Shown here in pieces: positions 16,405-26,004 of a DNA stretch of 44,641 nucleotides. The position numbers were made by a program, and so were the translations under genes. The notes beneath the pieces were generated by a model. The model did not search any database and was not told where the DNA came from. It was given only the letters and a program-made list of their open reading frames with translations. The first letter of the stretch is position 1. Every line of letters begins with the position of its first letter. This DNA comes from Chloroflexota bacterium (GTDB lineage Bacteria; Chloroflexota; Limnocylindria; Limnocylindrales; CSP1-4): NCBI GenBank assembly GCA_003169655.1, contig PNAZ01000162.1, forward strand, positions 30,818 to 75,458. The letters run 5' to 3'.

Positions 16405-17526
16405 TCAGCGAGGGGCGATCCACTCCCCTTCGCGAGCGACGCGGACCACGCCCAGGCGGTCGTCCAGCTCGACCAGGTCGGCTCGCTGGCCGACCGCGAT
16501 CCGACCGCGATCGGTGATGCCCAGCAGCGCGAGTGGATTGCGGCTCGCGGCCGCCACGGCATACGGCAGCGTGAGCCCCGCCTCGACGAGATTGCGCAGC
16601 GCACTGTCGAGGGCGATCACGCTGCCCGCCAGGATGTGGGTCCCGGCCAGCGTCGCACGGCCGCCGAGAACGTCCACTTCGAGCCCCCCGATGGCCGTCC
16701 GTCCATCGCCCAGCCCCGCCAGCGGCAGCGCGTCGCTGACGAGGACGAGCCGGCCGGCGGGCTTCAGCCTGGCAACGATCGGCCAGAGCGCCGGATGGAC
16801 GTGCTGGCCATCGGCAATCAGCTCGACAAAGACGGCGTCGTCGAGCAGTGCCGCGACGGCCAGTCCCGGGGCGTGATGATCGACCCCCGACATCGCGTTG
16901 AACAGATGCGTCGTCGAGCGCGCGCCCGCGCTGTAACCGGCTCGTGCCTGGCCCACGGTCGCGGCGGAATGCCCCAGCGACGCCACGATCCCGTTCGCAC
17001 TCAGCCAGCGGATCAGGTCGAGGCCTCCCTCGACCTCGGGCGCCAGGGTCATCACCCGGAGGCCCGGAAGCAACCCGAGGATCGCCGCCTGGGGCACCGT
17101 GGCGGGAAGGGCGATGAACGCCGGATTCTGGGCGCCCTTCCGGTCGGGCGAGATGAACGGTCCCTCCAGGTTGAACCCGAGCGCCTGCGCGCCATCCGCC
17201 GGTGAATCGGGCAGCCAGTCCCGGACGCGCTCGGCGAACGCCACCAGGGCGCCGAGCGGGGCGGTCACGGCCGTCGGCAGGAACGAGGTCACTCCGTGGC
17301 GGAGGAGCGCTCGGGCCATCCCGTCGAGGTCGGTCCGTGCGCCCATGGCGTCGTAACCGCCCCAGCCGTGGACGTGCAGATCGACGAAGCCTGGCGCGAC
17401 GAACGGGCCGTCCCGCTCGGCGTCGTCGGGCTCGATCGCGGCGATCCGGCCGTCCTCGATGGACAGGCGACCGGGGACGATCGAATCGTCCAGGATCAGC
17501 CTGCCGCCGACCAGCAGCGCGGTCAC
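16405..17526 (-). CDS. nagA: N-acetylglucosamine-6-phosphate deacetylase-like amidohydrolase
   Basis: GFVDLHVHGWGG, GFNLEGPFISP, HLFNAM and the overall NagA length. GTG start. Confidence 0.85.
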   Translation of the reverse strand: MTALLVGGRLILDDSIVPGRLSIEDGRIAAIEPDDAERDGPFVAPGFVDLHVHGWGGYDAMGARTDLDGMARALLRHGVTSFLPTAVTAPLGALVAFAERVRDWLPDSPADGAQALGFNLEGPFISPDRKGAQNPAFIALPATVPQAAILGLLPGLRVMTLAPEVEGGLDLIRWLSANGIVASLGHSAATVGQARAGYSAGARSTTHLFNAMSGVDHHAPGLAVAALLDDAVFVELIADGQHVHPALWPIVARLKPAGRLVLVSDALPLAGLGDGRTAIGGLEVDVLGGRATLAGTHILAGSVIALDSALRNLVEAGLTLPYAVAAASRNPLALLGITDRGRIAVGQRADLVELDDRLGVVRVAREGEWIAPR

Positions 17527-17557
17527 CGCGGAACCCGGCGTCCAGGCGGGCGCACCG

Positions 17558-18490
17558 TCACGTCGCCGCTCGTTCGGCGGCGTGCACTGCAGCGCCGATC
17601 GCGCCAGCCCACGTCCCGAGCTCGGCCCGCACCAGCGCGACGTCCTCGATGGAGGTGGTCCTGACCCGACGGGCGATCTCGGCGCGGATCGGCGCGAACA
17701 GCAGCTCGCCCGCGGCCGCGACGCCCCCGCCGACGACGATCCGATCCGGTGAGATGACGGTGATCATGTTGGCGATCCCGATCCCCAGGTACCGGCCGAC
17801 GTCAGCGAGTCCGGCGCGCGCCCGCTCGTCGCCGGCCTGTGCGGCGCGGACGGCCTCCTCGGCGGTCGCCGTCCCGCAGGCCGCCGCAATCTGGTCGGCC
17901 CGCGCGTAGGCCTCCAGGCAGCCCCGGTTCCCGCAGTGGCACCATGGGCCGTCCGGATCGATCGTGTGGTGGCCGATCTCGCCGGCCGTGCCGTCGTGGC
18001 CCTCATGGACGCGGCCGTCGATCGCGAACACGCCGCCGACGCCCGTCCCCAGCGTGAGCCCGACCATCGACGAGGCGCCCCGTCCGGCCCCCAGTCGCAA
18101 CTCGGCCAGCCCGAACGCCCGAGCATCGTTGACGAGGAACGTGGGCAGGCCGACGGCAGCCGAGACCGGGCCGGCCACCGGCTGGCCCGCCCAGTTGCCG
18201 GGGAGATTCACCAGGAACCGCGTCGTGCCCGTGGCAGGGTCATACAGCCCGGGCACCCCAATCCCGATCGTGAGGGCCGGTCCGCACTCGGCGATCGCGG
18301 CGGCGGCCACCTCGGCCAGCTGGGCGACGACCGTGTCGGGCACGGCAGCGGGGTCGGCCACGACCCGGGTCGGCACCTGGTCGGTCGCCACGGTGGTCCA
18401 GGAACCGCTGGCCTGCGCCACCACGGCCCACTTGAGGTTCGTGGCACCGAGGTCGAGACCCAGATGACGGGTTGCGAGCCCCTGGATCAT
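17558..18490 (-). CDS. ROK-family sugar kinase
   Basis: LGLDLGATNLK N-terminal ATPase motif, GEIGH, and Zn motif CHCGNRGCLEAYA. Confidence 0.88.
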   Translation of the reverse strand: MIQGLATRHLGLDLGATNLKWAVVAQASGSWTTVATDQVPTRVVADPAAVPDTVVAQLAEVAAAAIAECGPALTIGIGVPGLYDPATGTTRFLVNLPGNWAGQPVAGPVSAAVGLPTFLVNDARAFGLAELRLGAGRGASSMVGLTLGTGVGGVFAIDGRVHEGHDGTAGEIGHHTIDPDGPWCHCGNRGCLEAYARADQIAAACGTATAEEAVRAAQAGDERARAGLADVGRYLGIGIANMITVISPDRIVVGGGVAAAGELLFAPIRAEIARRVRTTSIEDVALVRAELGTWAGAIGAAVHAAERAAT

Positions 18491-18517
18491 CGTGTCAATC
18501 CCCTCCGCCGGCGTCGC

Positions 18518-19516
18518 TCAGGACTCTGTTGTGACACGGGTGTAGGCGGCTGCCACGGCGACGATGATCGAACCGAACAGGATCTGGCGGACGGCCTCCG
18601 GGTAGCCCAGCGACGTCAGCAGCGAGCTGAGCACCGTGAGAATGAGCGCCCCGACAATCGTCCCGGCGAAGCCGCCCCGGCCTCCCATGATCGACGTCCC
18701 TCCGATCACCGCCGCCGCCACGGACGGAAGGACATACGAGTCGGCGAGCGACACGCTGGCGGTGTTGGTCAGGCCGGAGATCAGGAACCCGGCGGCCGCC
18801 GCCAGGAGCGCCGAGACGACGTACAGCACGATCAGGATCTGCCACGACCGGGCCCCCGACAGGCGCGCGGCGACCGGGTTGTCGCCGATCGCGTACAGCA
18901 GGCGGCCGTAGCCGGTCCGCCTGAGGCCGACCAGGATGATGGCGGCGAGGGGCACGAAAACCACCAGGCTGTACGGGAGGATCTTGGCCAGGGTCGAGGA
19001 TCCCACCGTCCGGAACTCGCCGGGGATGCCCGTTGAGGTCGTGATCGTCTGGAGCTGCCAGAAGTTCACCAGGCCGAGGACGACCAGGCTCATGCCCAGG
19101 GTCATGATCAGCGGATGCACCCGGAAGACGCCAACGCCGATGCCGCTGACGAGCCCCGCGAGCGCGGCCGCGACGAGCGCGATGACGATGCCCGTCGGCA
19201 CTCCCGAGCCGGCCGCGAGTGACGCCACGACGAAGCCTGCCATCGAGGCGACGGCACCCACCGAGAGGTCGATCCCGCCGGTCAGCATCGTCAGCGTCTG
19301 GCAGCCCGCCAGGATCGCCAGGGGCACGGCGGCCCGCAGCATGATCCCGATCCATTCGGGCCCGACGATGCCCGGGCGGACGATCTCGCTGGCGACGACC
19401 AGGACAGCGAGGAGGGCCAGCAGTGGAATCATCGGCCGGTCAGAGAAGAGGCCGCGCCAGGCGGCCGTGCCGAGCCAGGGGCTGCGCGCTCCCGAGGTGC
19501 CGGCGACGCCTCTCAT
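18518..19516 (-). CDS. Sugar ABC transporter permease (ribose/xylose type)
   Basis: Multi-TM protein with the TGGIDLSVGA motif of RbsC-like permeases. ATGA overlap with the upstream permease. Confidence 0.88.
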   Translation of the reverse strand: MRGVAGTSGARSPWLGTAAWRGLFSDRPMIPLLALLAVLVVASEIVRPGIVGPEWIGIMLRAAVPLAILAGCQTLTMLTGGIDLSVGAVASMAGFVVASLAAGSGVPTGIVIALVAAALAGLVSGIGVGVFRVHPLIMTLGMSLVVLGLVNFWQLQTITTSTGIPGEFRTVGSSTLAKILPYSLVVFVPLAAIILVGLRRTGYGRLLYAIGDNPVAARLSGARSWQILIVLYVVSALLAAAAGFLISGLTNTASVSLADSYVLPSVAAAVIGGTSIMGGRGGFAGTIVGALILTVLSSLLTSLGYPEAVRQILFGSIIVAVAAAYTRVTTES

Positions 19517-20517
19517 CCCCGCGCCCGCCGGATCTGGACGATGCTGCCGATCATGACCACTCCGATGAGGATGAGCCCCTGCAGGACGGTTGCCAGGTTG
19601 GTGTCGACGTCAAGGAAGGTCATGTCGGTCCGGATGATCTGCAGGATCATGACCGCGACGATCGGACCGAACACGCCGCCCCGGCCGCCGGCGAGGCTGA
19701 CCCCGCCCAGGACGATCGCGGCGACGCTCATGAGCGTGTACGGCCCGGGGACAGGCGTTCCGATCCCGGTGCTCGCGGTGAGGGACAGTCCGGCCAGCGC
19801 CGCGAACAGGCCCATGAGGGCGTAGGCAAGGATCCTCGTCCGGCCCACGGACACGCCGCTCCGGAACGCCGCCAGCCGGTCGCTGCCGACCCCGTAGATC
19901 GACAGGCCGAGCCTGGAGCGCCGCACGGGGATCCAGATGAGGGCCACGACGGCGACCAGCACGACCGCTGGCTTGGGGATCCATTCGTTGCCGATCGATC
20001 CGGTGACCAGGTCCTTGAGCCACTGCGCCGCTCCGCCCCCCGGCGAGTCCGCGACGAGCAGCGCACAGCCGGCCCACACGAACGACATCGCCAGCGTGAC
20101 CACGATATCCGGCACCCGGGTGACGACGGCCAGCCCGCCGTTGACCGCCCCGAGCAGGAGGCCGAGGACGAGCACACCCACGACCACGGCGACGTCGAAT
20201 TGCTCGGATTGGCCCGCCATCAGGGTGGCGGAGACGACACTGATGAGGGCCATCATCGAGCCGATCGAGAGGTCGATCCCACCCGAGATGACGACAATCG
20301 CCTGGGCGACGGCCGCCAGGGCGAGGGGCAGCACCGAGATGGCGAGGCCCTGGATGCCGGGCACGCCGTAGTTCGGCTGGATGAGCTTGGTGAAGACGAG
20401 CAGGAGGGCGAGGAACCCGAGGAGGCCGAGGATCCAGGCGTTGCGCCGCGCCGACGACCCGAGCAGGCCGGCGAGGGCAACACGGCCGGAGTCGACCGGG
20501 GCAGTCGCGGCGCTCAT
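19513..20517 (-). CDS. Sugar ABC transporter permease (ribose/xylose type)
   Basis: Multi-TM protein with the SGGIDLSIGS motif. ATGA overlap with the ATPase gene. Confidence 0.88.
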   Translation of the reverse strand: MSAATAPVDSGRVALAGLLGSSARRNAWILGLLGFLALLLVFTKLIQPNYGVPGIQGLAISVLPLALAAVAQAIVVISGGIDLSIGSMMALISVVSATLMAGQSEQFDVAVVVGVLVLGLLLGAVNGGLAVVTRVPDIVVTLAMSFVWAGCALLVADSPGGGAAQWLKDLVTGSIGNEWIPKPAVVLVAVVALIWIPVRRSRLGLSIYGVGSDRLAAFRSGVSVGRTRILAYALMGLFAALAGLSLTASTGIGTPVPGPYTLMSVAAIVLGGVSLAGGRGGVFGPIVAVMILQIIRTDMTFLDVDTNLATVLQGLILIGVVMIGSIVQIRRARG

Positions 20518-22112
20518 CGGTCGGCCTCTGGCCCGGTGGGTCTGGCGGCCGGCGGATCCGCCGGTACCACGACCGCCGCCTCGACCGCGGTCGCTTCGGC
20601 CACGATCTGTTCGGGCATCAGGGCACCCGACCTGAGGTTGTAGGCCGCATGCAGCAGCGCGGCCTCGTCCGCGTTCGCGGCGCCGATCTCCGCGACCACG
20701 CGGCCGCCGAAGATCACGATAGCGCGGTCGCAGACGAGCTGGACCTCCTTCAGCTCAGAGGTGTAGAAGAGGACAGCGGCGCCAGCCTCCGCCAGATCGC
20801 GGAGCAGCACGTAGATCTGGTTCTTGGTGCGGATGTCGATGCCGCGGGTGGGGTCGAAGCAGAGCATCGTGCGCACCCCGCCGGCAACCCAGCGCGCGAT
20901 GGTTACCTTCTGCTGGTTACCGCCGGACAGCCGGCGCACCTCGCCGTGGGCACGAGTGTCGATCTGCAGCGTCGCAATGGCGCGGTCGACCTTGCGGTGC
21001 TCGTCGCCGGCGTTGATCAGGCCCCAACGCCGGATCCGGGCCGTGAACGGAAGAGCGATGTTTTCCCGGACCGAGCGCTGCATCAGGAGGGCCTCGGCAC
21101 GGTCGGCGGGCACATAGACCAGGCCGGCCCGGATGGCATCGGCGGGGTGGTGGAACGAGACAGGCGCACCGTCGACGAGCAACTCGCCGCCACTTGGGCG
21201 TTGGGAGCCGGCGAGGATGTCGAACAGCTCGTCCTGGCCCTGGCCCTCGAGCGCCACCACACCCAGGACCTCACCCGGATAGAGATCGAACGATACGTCG
21301 CTGAGCTTCGTCCCAGAGCTCAGGTCGCGGGCCGTCAGACGCGCTGTGGCGCCGGACGCCCGCGCGGCCGCCGCCCTCCGTTCCGCCGCCGTGGGCATGT
21401 CCACGACGCCCTCACCCAGCATGAGCTCGACGATCCGCTCTTCGGAGCCCTCGGTAACGTCGACCACGCCGACGGTCTCGCCCTCGCGCAGCACCGTCGC
21501 GCGGTCGCACACGGCGGCGATCTCGATCATCCGGTGCGAGATGAAGATGACCGAGCGGTCGCCGCCGCGCTGACGGCCGATGACCTCGAGGACACGCTCG
21601 GTCAGGTTCGCGGGCAGAGCCGCGGTCATCTCGTCGAGCATGAGCACGTCGGGCTCGATCGCGAGGGCACGGGCGAGGTCAATGATCCGGAGCGAGGCCA
21701 GCGGCACGCGCCGCGCGATGCTCGACAGATCGAGATCCTCGAGGCCGAGCTCATGGAGCCAGTGGCGGAAGGGCTCGAGGGGCGTCTCCGTGAGGCGCAG
21801 ATTGGACCGGATGTCCAGGTCCGGGACGAGTGCCGGCTCCTGGTAGATGGAGACGAGACCGCTGCGACGGGCCTCGGCCGGCGAATGGACGGTGCGCGGC
21901 CGGCCATGCACCGCGATCGTGCCGCCGTCGGGCCGAACCGCTCCGGTCAGGATCTTGACGAGGGTGCTCTTGCCGGCGCCGTTCGCGCCCATCAGCGCAT
22001 GGACCTCGCCCGGACGCACCGCCAGGGACGCACACTTCAGCGCGACGACCGCGCCGTACGTCTTGGAGATGCCCGTGGCTTCGAGCAGGAGGCCGGTGGT
22101 GGTGAGGGTCAT
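20514..22112 (-). CDS. Sugar ABC transporter ATP-binding protein (tandem ABC domains)
   Basis: ATG 22112 (MTLTTTGLLLEATGISKTYG...). Walker A GANGAGKST, LSGGNQQK signature, and a degenerate second domain as in RbsA/MglA. The 598-aa track ORF is 5'-extended. Confidence 0.9.
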   Translation of the reverse strand: MTLTTTGLLLEATGISKTYGAVVALKCASLAVRPGEVHALMGANGAGKSTLVKILTGAVRPDGGTIAVHGRPRTVHSPAEARRSGLVSIYQEPALVPDLDIRSNLRLTETPLEPFRHWLHELGLEDLDLSSIARRVPLASLRIIDLARALAIEPDVLMLDEMTAALPANLTERVLEVIGRQRGGDRSVIFISHRMIEIAAVCDRATVLREGETVGVVDVTEGSEERIVELMLGEGVVDMPTAAERRAAAARASGATARLTARDLSSGTKLSDVSFDLYPGEVLGVVALEGQGQDELFDILAGSQRPSGGELLVDGAPVSFHHPADAIRAGLVYVPADRAEALLMQRSVRENIALPFTARIRRWGLINAGDEHRKVDRAIATLQIDTRAHGEVRRLSGGNQQKVTIARWVAGGVRTMLCFDPTRGIDIRTKNQIYVLLRDLAEAGAAVLFYTSELKEVQLVCDRAIVIFGGRVVAEIGAANADEAALLHAAYNLRSGALMPEQIVAEATAVEAAVVVPADPPAARPTGPEADR

Positions 22113-22134
22113 CGGTCCGGTGTGGAGAAGAAGC

Positions 22135-22166
22135 GCGGGGGATGCCGGAGAACCGGCATCCCCCGC
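22135..22166 (-). promoter_or_regulatory. Perfect 14-bp stem / 4-nt loop hairpin between the binding-protein and ATPase genes (intra-operon attenuator or mRNA stabiliser)
   Basis: GCGGGGGATGCCGG-AGAA-CCGGCATCCCCCGC read directly. On the transcript it is followed by GCUUCUUCUCC. Confidence 0.55.
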
Positions 22167-22189
22167 CTGACTTGACGATCTGGGGGAGT

Positions 22190-23371
22190 CTACTCGCCCG
22201 GGCCCTTGCAGCCCGCGGGCGGGACGGCCTGGGCAGGGGTGTACGTGGTCCAGCCGTCGATCGTGATGCCGAGCGGCCAGGACGGGTCGGGCAGCGTGAC
22301 GGCCAGCCAACCCTTCAGCTGGGCCTTGCCGGCATCGGTCAGGTTGTCGACCGCGATGGGGTCCAGCAGGACGGTGTTGGGCTTGGCGCCCGCCGTGGGC
22401 GTGACGGTTGTGCCGTTGAGCAGCTTGAGCGCCAGGTTGACGCCCGCGCCGCCGACGGCGGCCGTGTTGGTGACCGCGACGCCCTTCAGGCCGGGGTAGC
22501 CCACGGGGTCGAGGAGCTGCTTGATGAACGAGCCGCGGTCGGTGCCGACGATCGGCACGTACGGCTTGCCGGCGGCCTTGATGGCGTCGACGACTTCAGA
22601 GTCGATGCCCGACGTCCAGATACCCTGGATCGTGTCGTACTGGCCACTGGCGATGAACTCGTTGGCCAACTTGGTGGCGGTCGGCGGGTCCCACCCGGTT
22701 GCGACGCCAGCGGCCGGGACGACCTTGATGCCCGGGTTCTCGGCAAGGGCCTGCTTGAAGCCGATATCGCGGTCGTCGTCAGCCGGGTTGCCGGCGATCC
22801 CGCGCATGTAGTAGACGGTGCCCGTGCCGTTGAGCTGCTTGAACAGCCAGGTGGCGCCCAGGTAGGCGTACTTCACCTGGTTGTTGTAGAGGTTGTACGT
22901 GTTCGGGTCGGTCACGTAGGCATCGACCGAGACGGTCTTGATGCCGGCGGCCTGCGCCTCGACCAGAGCCGGGTTGAGGGCCGCGGGGTCGTTCGGGTTG
23001 AAGACGATCGCGTTGACGCCCTTGGCGATCAGGTCACGGATGTCCTGGAGCTGGCCCGCGGCGTCCGTGTTGCGACTGGTCACGGTGATCTTGGAGACCT
23101 GGCCCGACGAGAGGGCCTCCGCCCGTGCGGTGCACAACTGCTCCTCGCGGAAGCCGTTGCCCACGCCACCACCGTTCGAATAGCCGATCGTGTACGTCTT
23201 GGCCGGGGCAGACGGTGCTGCTGCGCTGGACGACGGGGCGGCCGCGGAAGTTGGGGCGGCACTGGCTGGTTGGCTGGCTGCCTGGGTGGCTGCCGAGCTG
23301 GAGCACGCTGCCGCGACGACCACGACCGTGGTCAGTGTCGCGATCGCGCGCACGATTCCGGAATGTTTCAT
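22190..23371 (-). CDS. Sugar ABC transporter substrate-binding lipoprotein
   Basis: Signal peptide with lipobox VVAAAC, an Ala/Ser/Pro linker, then a periplasmic-binding-protein type I pattern. GGAGGAG SD. Confidence 0.88.
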   Translation of the reverse strand: MKHSGIVRAIATLTTVVVVAAACSSSAATQAASQPASAAPTSAAAPSSSAAAPSAPAKTYTIGYSNGGGVGNGFREEQLCTARAEALSSGQVSKITVTSRNTDAAGQLQDIRDLIAKGVNAIVFNPNDPAALNPALVEAQAAGIKTVSVDAYVTDPNTYNLYNNQVKYAYLGATWLFKQLNGTGTVYYMRGIAGNPADDDRDIGFKQALAENPGIKVVPAAGVATGWDPPTATKLANEFIASGQYDTIQGIWTSGIDSEVVDAIKAAGKPYVPIVGTDRGSFIKQLLDPVGYPGLKGVAVTNTAAVGGAGVNLALKLLNGTTVTPTAGAKPNTVLLDPIAVDNLTDAGKAQLKGWLAVTLPDPSWPLGITIDGWTTYTPAQAVPPAGCKGPGE

Positions 23372-23464
23372 GAGAACTCAACTCCTCCATTGACCGGCCG
23401 CCGATTCGATTGGTCACGGGCGGCTCGGGATTGACGGTGTGGATCCGAGGGACCCATCGCTTGC

Positions 23465-24331
23465 TCACCCACCTCCTTGCAAATCAATCGCGCGGGCGAG
23501 CCGCCGCGCATGCTCCTGGTATGCCTGTTCGAACAGGGCCTTCGATCGCACGGCGCCCACAACGCTCGCGCGGGTAATGACCGGGGGCATTGCCCCACGC
23601 TCCACGAGAAGCTCGGCGGTCCTGACCTTGATCGCATTGACGATGGCGACCGCGCCAATCGTGGACCCGGGTCCAATGGGGGTTTCCAGGGCGCCAATGG
23701 TCACCATTGCGTCGGCGGGAGGCGTGCAGATATCGACGACGAGGTCCGCGACATCCAGAAGCCGCGCACCGGCCGCAGGTTCCGGTTCGCCGGTCATCGA
23801 CTGGGCCACCGAGGTCACGGCGATCACCCGCAAACCGCGCGCCTTGGCCCCCCGCGCCATCTCGACCGGCAGGGCGGTCAGGCCGCTCGCCGAGAAGACG
23901 ATCATCGCGTCATGAGCACCAAACTGGAAGTTCGAGAGGATCACCTCCGCGAGGCCCGGGACTCGCTCGATGAACATGGCCTGGCGCTGGCCGTTCGCCC
24001 CAACGACCTGGGTGTGGAACGTGACCGAGAGCTCCACGATCGGGTTGAATCCCGGGTAGGACCCGTACCGCGGGAACATCTCCTCGACCGGAATCCGCGA
24101 GTGCCCGGCCCCGAACAGGTGAACCAGCCCGTCGTTCCCGATCGCCTCGGCGCACCACTGGCTGGCGGTCTCGATCGCGTCGGCCTGCGTCTCCGACAGG
24201 CGCTCGAGGAGTGCGACCGCCTCACGCAGCCACGTGGACGCTCCCGAAACGCGGTCGCCAACGGCGGCGACCGACATCATGGCGCGGTCGGCTGGGACGT
24301 CCTCCCGCCGGCTGGTGCGAACATGGCCCAC
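23465..24331 (-). CDS. SIS (sugar isomerase) domain protein, UPF0309-like
   Basis: LVHLFGAGHS ... MIVFSASG pattern of SIS phosphosugar-binding domains. GTG 24331 has GGAGG 6 nt upstream. The alternative start is ATG 24280. Confidence 0.8.
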   Translation of the reverse strand: MGHVRTSRREDVPADRAMMSVAAVGDRVSGASTWLREAVALLERLSETQADAIETASQWCAEAIGNDGLVHLFGAGHSRIPVEEMFPRYGSYPGFNPIVELSVTFHTQVVGANGQRQAMFIERVPGLAEVILSNFQFGAHDAMIVFSASGLTALPVEMARGAKARGLRVIAVTSVAQSMTGEPEPAAGARLLDVADLVVDICTPPADAMVTIGALETPIGPGSTIGAVAIVNAIKVRTAELLVERGAMPPVITRASVVGAVRSKALFEQAYQEHARRLARAIDLQGGG

Positions 24332-25065
24332 TAGTAGCCTCCGTCCGCCACGGTCGCGGCCAGCGTCCGGCCGGCCTTGCGGGCACGGAACTCCTCGATG
24401 ATTGCCTCCGTGGCCGTCGCGCCGACCCGGGTCACGCCCAGGTCCATCACGGCAAGCAGGGCGTCAAGCGAACGGACGCCGCCCGCCGCCTTGACCCCGA
24501 TGGCGGCCGACGTGTTGGCGCGCATCAGGCGAAGGTCGTCATGGGTCGCACCGCTGGGCGCGAATCCCGTGCTGGTCTTGACGAAGTCGCCGCCGGCGGC
24601 CTCGGTCAGGTGGCACGCCCGGACCTTCTCGGCGTCGGTCAGGTAGGCGTTCTCGAAGATCACCTTGACGATCGCCCCGGCCGCGTGCCCGACCTCGACG
24701 ACGGCGCGGATGTCGGCCTCCACGTCGGCGTCGCGGCCCGACTTGAGGGCGCCGATCGGGAGCACCATGTCCAGCTCGGTCGCCCCGTCTGCAAGTGCCC
24801 GCTTCGCCTCGAACACCTTGACCTCGGTCGTGTGGTTGCCGTGCGGGAAGCCGATCGTGGTTCCGACGGCCACGTCAGTCCCATCGAGGATCGCCTTCGC
24901 CCGCCGAACGTCGGCCGGCCGCACGCAGACCGACGCAACATGGTACTTCGCCGCCAACTGGCAGCCGTCCTCGACGAACGCGTCGTCGAGCTCGGGTCGG
25001 AGCAGCGAGTGGTCGATCATTTTCGCGATGTCCTGCTCGGTCAGGCTGTCGATGGACAGTGGCAT
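24331..25065 (-). CDS. deoC: Deoxyribose-phosphate aldolase
   Basis: IDHSLLRP, VCV, Schiff-base lysine context DFVKTSTGF, VKAAGGVR. AGGAG SD. Confidence 0.88.
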   Translation of the reverse strand: MPLSIDSLTEQDIAKMIDHSLLRPELDDAFVEDGCQLAAKYHVASVCVRPADVRRAKAILDGTDVAVGTTIGFPHGNHTTEVKVFEAKRALADGATELDMVLPIGALKSGRDADVEADIRAVVEVGHAAGAIVKVIFENAYLTDAEKVRACHLTEAAGGDFVKTSTGFAPSGATHDDLRLMRANTSAAIGVKAAGGVRSLDALLAVMDLGVTRVGATATEAIIEEFRARKAGRTLAATVADGGY

Positions 25066-25087
25066 CTGGGGCTCCTGTGTCGGGACG

Positions 25088-26002
25088 CTATCGGCAGTAG
25101 GGGCGCAGGACGTCCCGCGCGATGAGGAAGCCCTGCTTGACCTTCTCGTCGCTGCCCTCGAAGCGGCGATCCTCGTGCTCGACGATGCAATCGCCCTCGT
25201 AACCGGCTCGATAGAGCTCGGAGAAGACCGCCGACCACTCGACCTCGCCGAGGCCCGGGATCCGAGGGATCTGCCAGCCGATCCCCATCGAGAACACGCC
25301 GCGCTCGTAGAGCCCGTCGCGGTCGATCATCAGGTCCTTGGCCTGGAAGTGGAGGATATGCGGCCCGAACTCCTTGAGGAACCGGCGGGTGTCGATCATC
25401 TGCAGGACGAGGTGGCTGGGGTCGAAGTTGAGCCCGATCGTCGCGTCCCACTGTTCCAGGATCCGACGCCACATCCGGGGGGTCGTGGCGATGTTGTGAC
25501 CCCCCGGCCATTCGTCGTACGAGAACAGCATCGGGCAGTTCTCGAGGGTGATCCTTCGGCCGTGATCCCGGGCGTAGGCGACGATGTCGGGCCAGACCCG
25601 CAGGGCCTCCGCCCAGTTCTCGTCCTGGTTCCTGGCCCCATCGCCGCCCATGAAGGTGTTGACCAGCGGGACGTTCATCTTCTCGGCCGCGATGATGACC
25701 TGCTTGAGGTGGCCGATTACCTCCGCGCGGTGGGCGGGATCCGGGTGGAGCGGGTTCGGATAGAAGCCGAGGCCCGAGATCGACAGACCCTTGGCCCGGA
25801 GCTCGTCGACGAGCTCCGTTGCCTGGGCGGACGAGAGGTTCGCCACGTCGACGTGGCTGGTCCCGGCATATCGCCGGGCAGGACCGCTACGTTTTGGCCA
25901 ACAGGCAATCTCGAGGGCCTCGAAGCCGACCGATACCGCCCAATCGGCAACGTCCATCAGGGCCGTGTCGGGGAACGGTGCGGTCAGCAAGCCAAGCTTC
26001 AT
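25088..26002 (-). CDS. Sugar phosphate isomerase/epimerase (xylose-isomerase-like TIM barrel)
   Basis: 304 aa. GFEALEI..., ENCP, HFQAKD and EHED patterns are typical of the AP-endonuclease-2/xylose isomerase-like TIM family. Confidence 0.85.
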   Translation of the reverse strand: MKLGLLTAPFPDTALMDVADWAVSVGFEALEIACWPKRSGPARRYAGTSHVDVANLSSAQATELVDELRAKGLSISGLGFYPNPLHPDPAHRAEVIGHLKQVIIAAEKMNVPLVNTFMGGDGARNQDENWAEALRVWPDIVAYARDHGRRITLENCPMLFSYDEWPGGHNIATTPRMWRRILEQWDATIGLNFDPSHLVLQMIDTRRFLKEFGPHILHFQAKDLMIDRDGLYERGVFSMGIGWQIPRIPGLGEVEWSAVFSELYRAGYEGDCIVEHEDRRFEGSDEKVKQGFLIARDVLRPYCR

Positions 26003-26004
26003 CG

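Noticed and set aside
20649-22175. 508-aa plus-strand ORF
   Set aside because: It is antisense to the ABC ATPase, which has Walker A and signature motifs.
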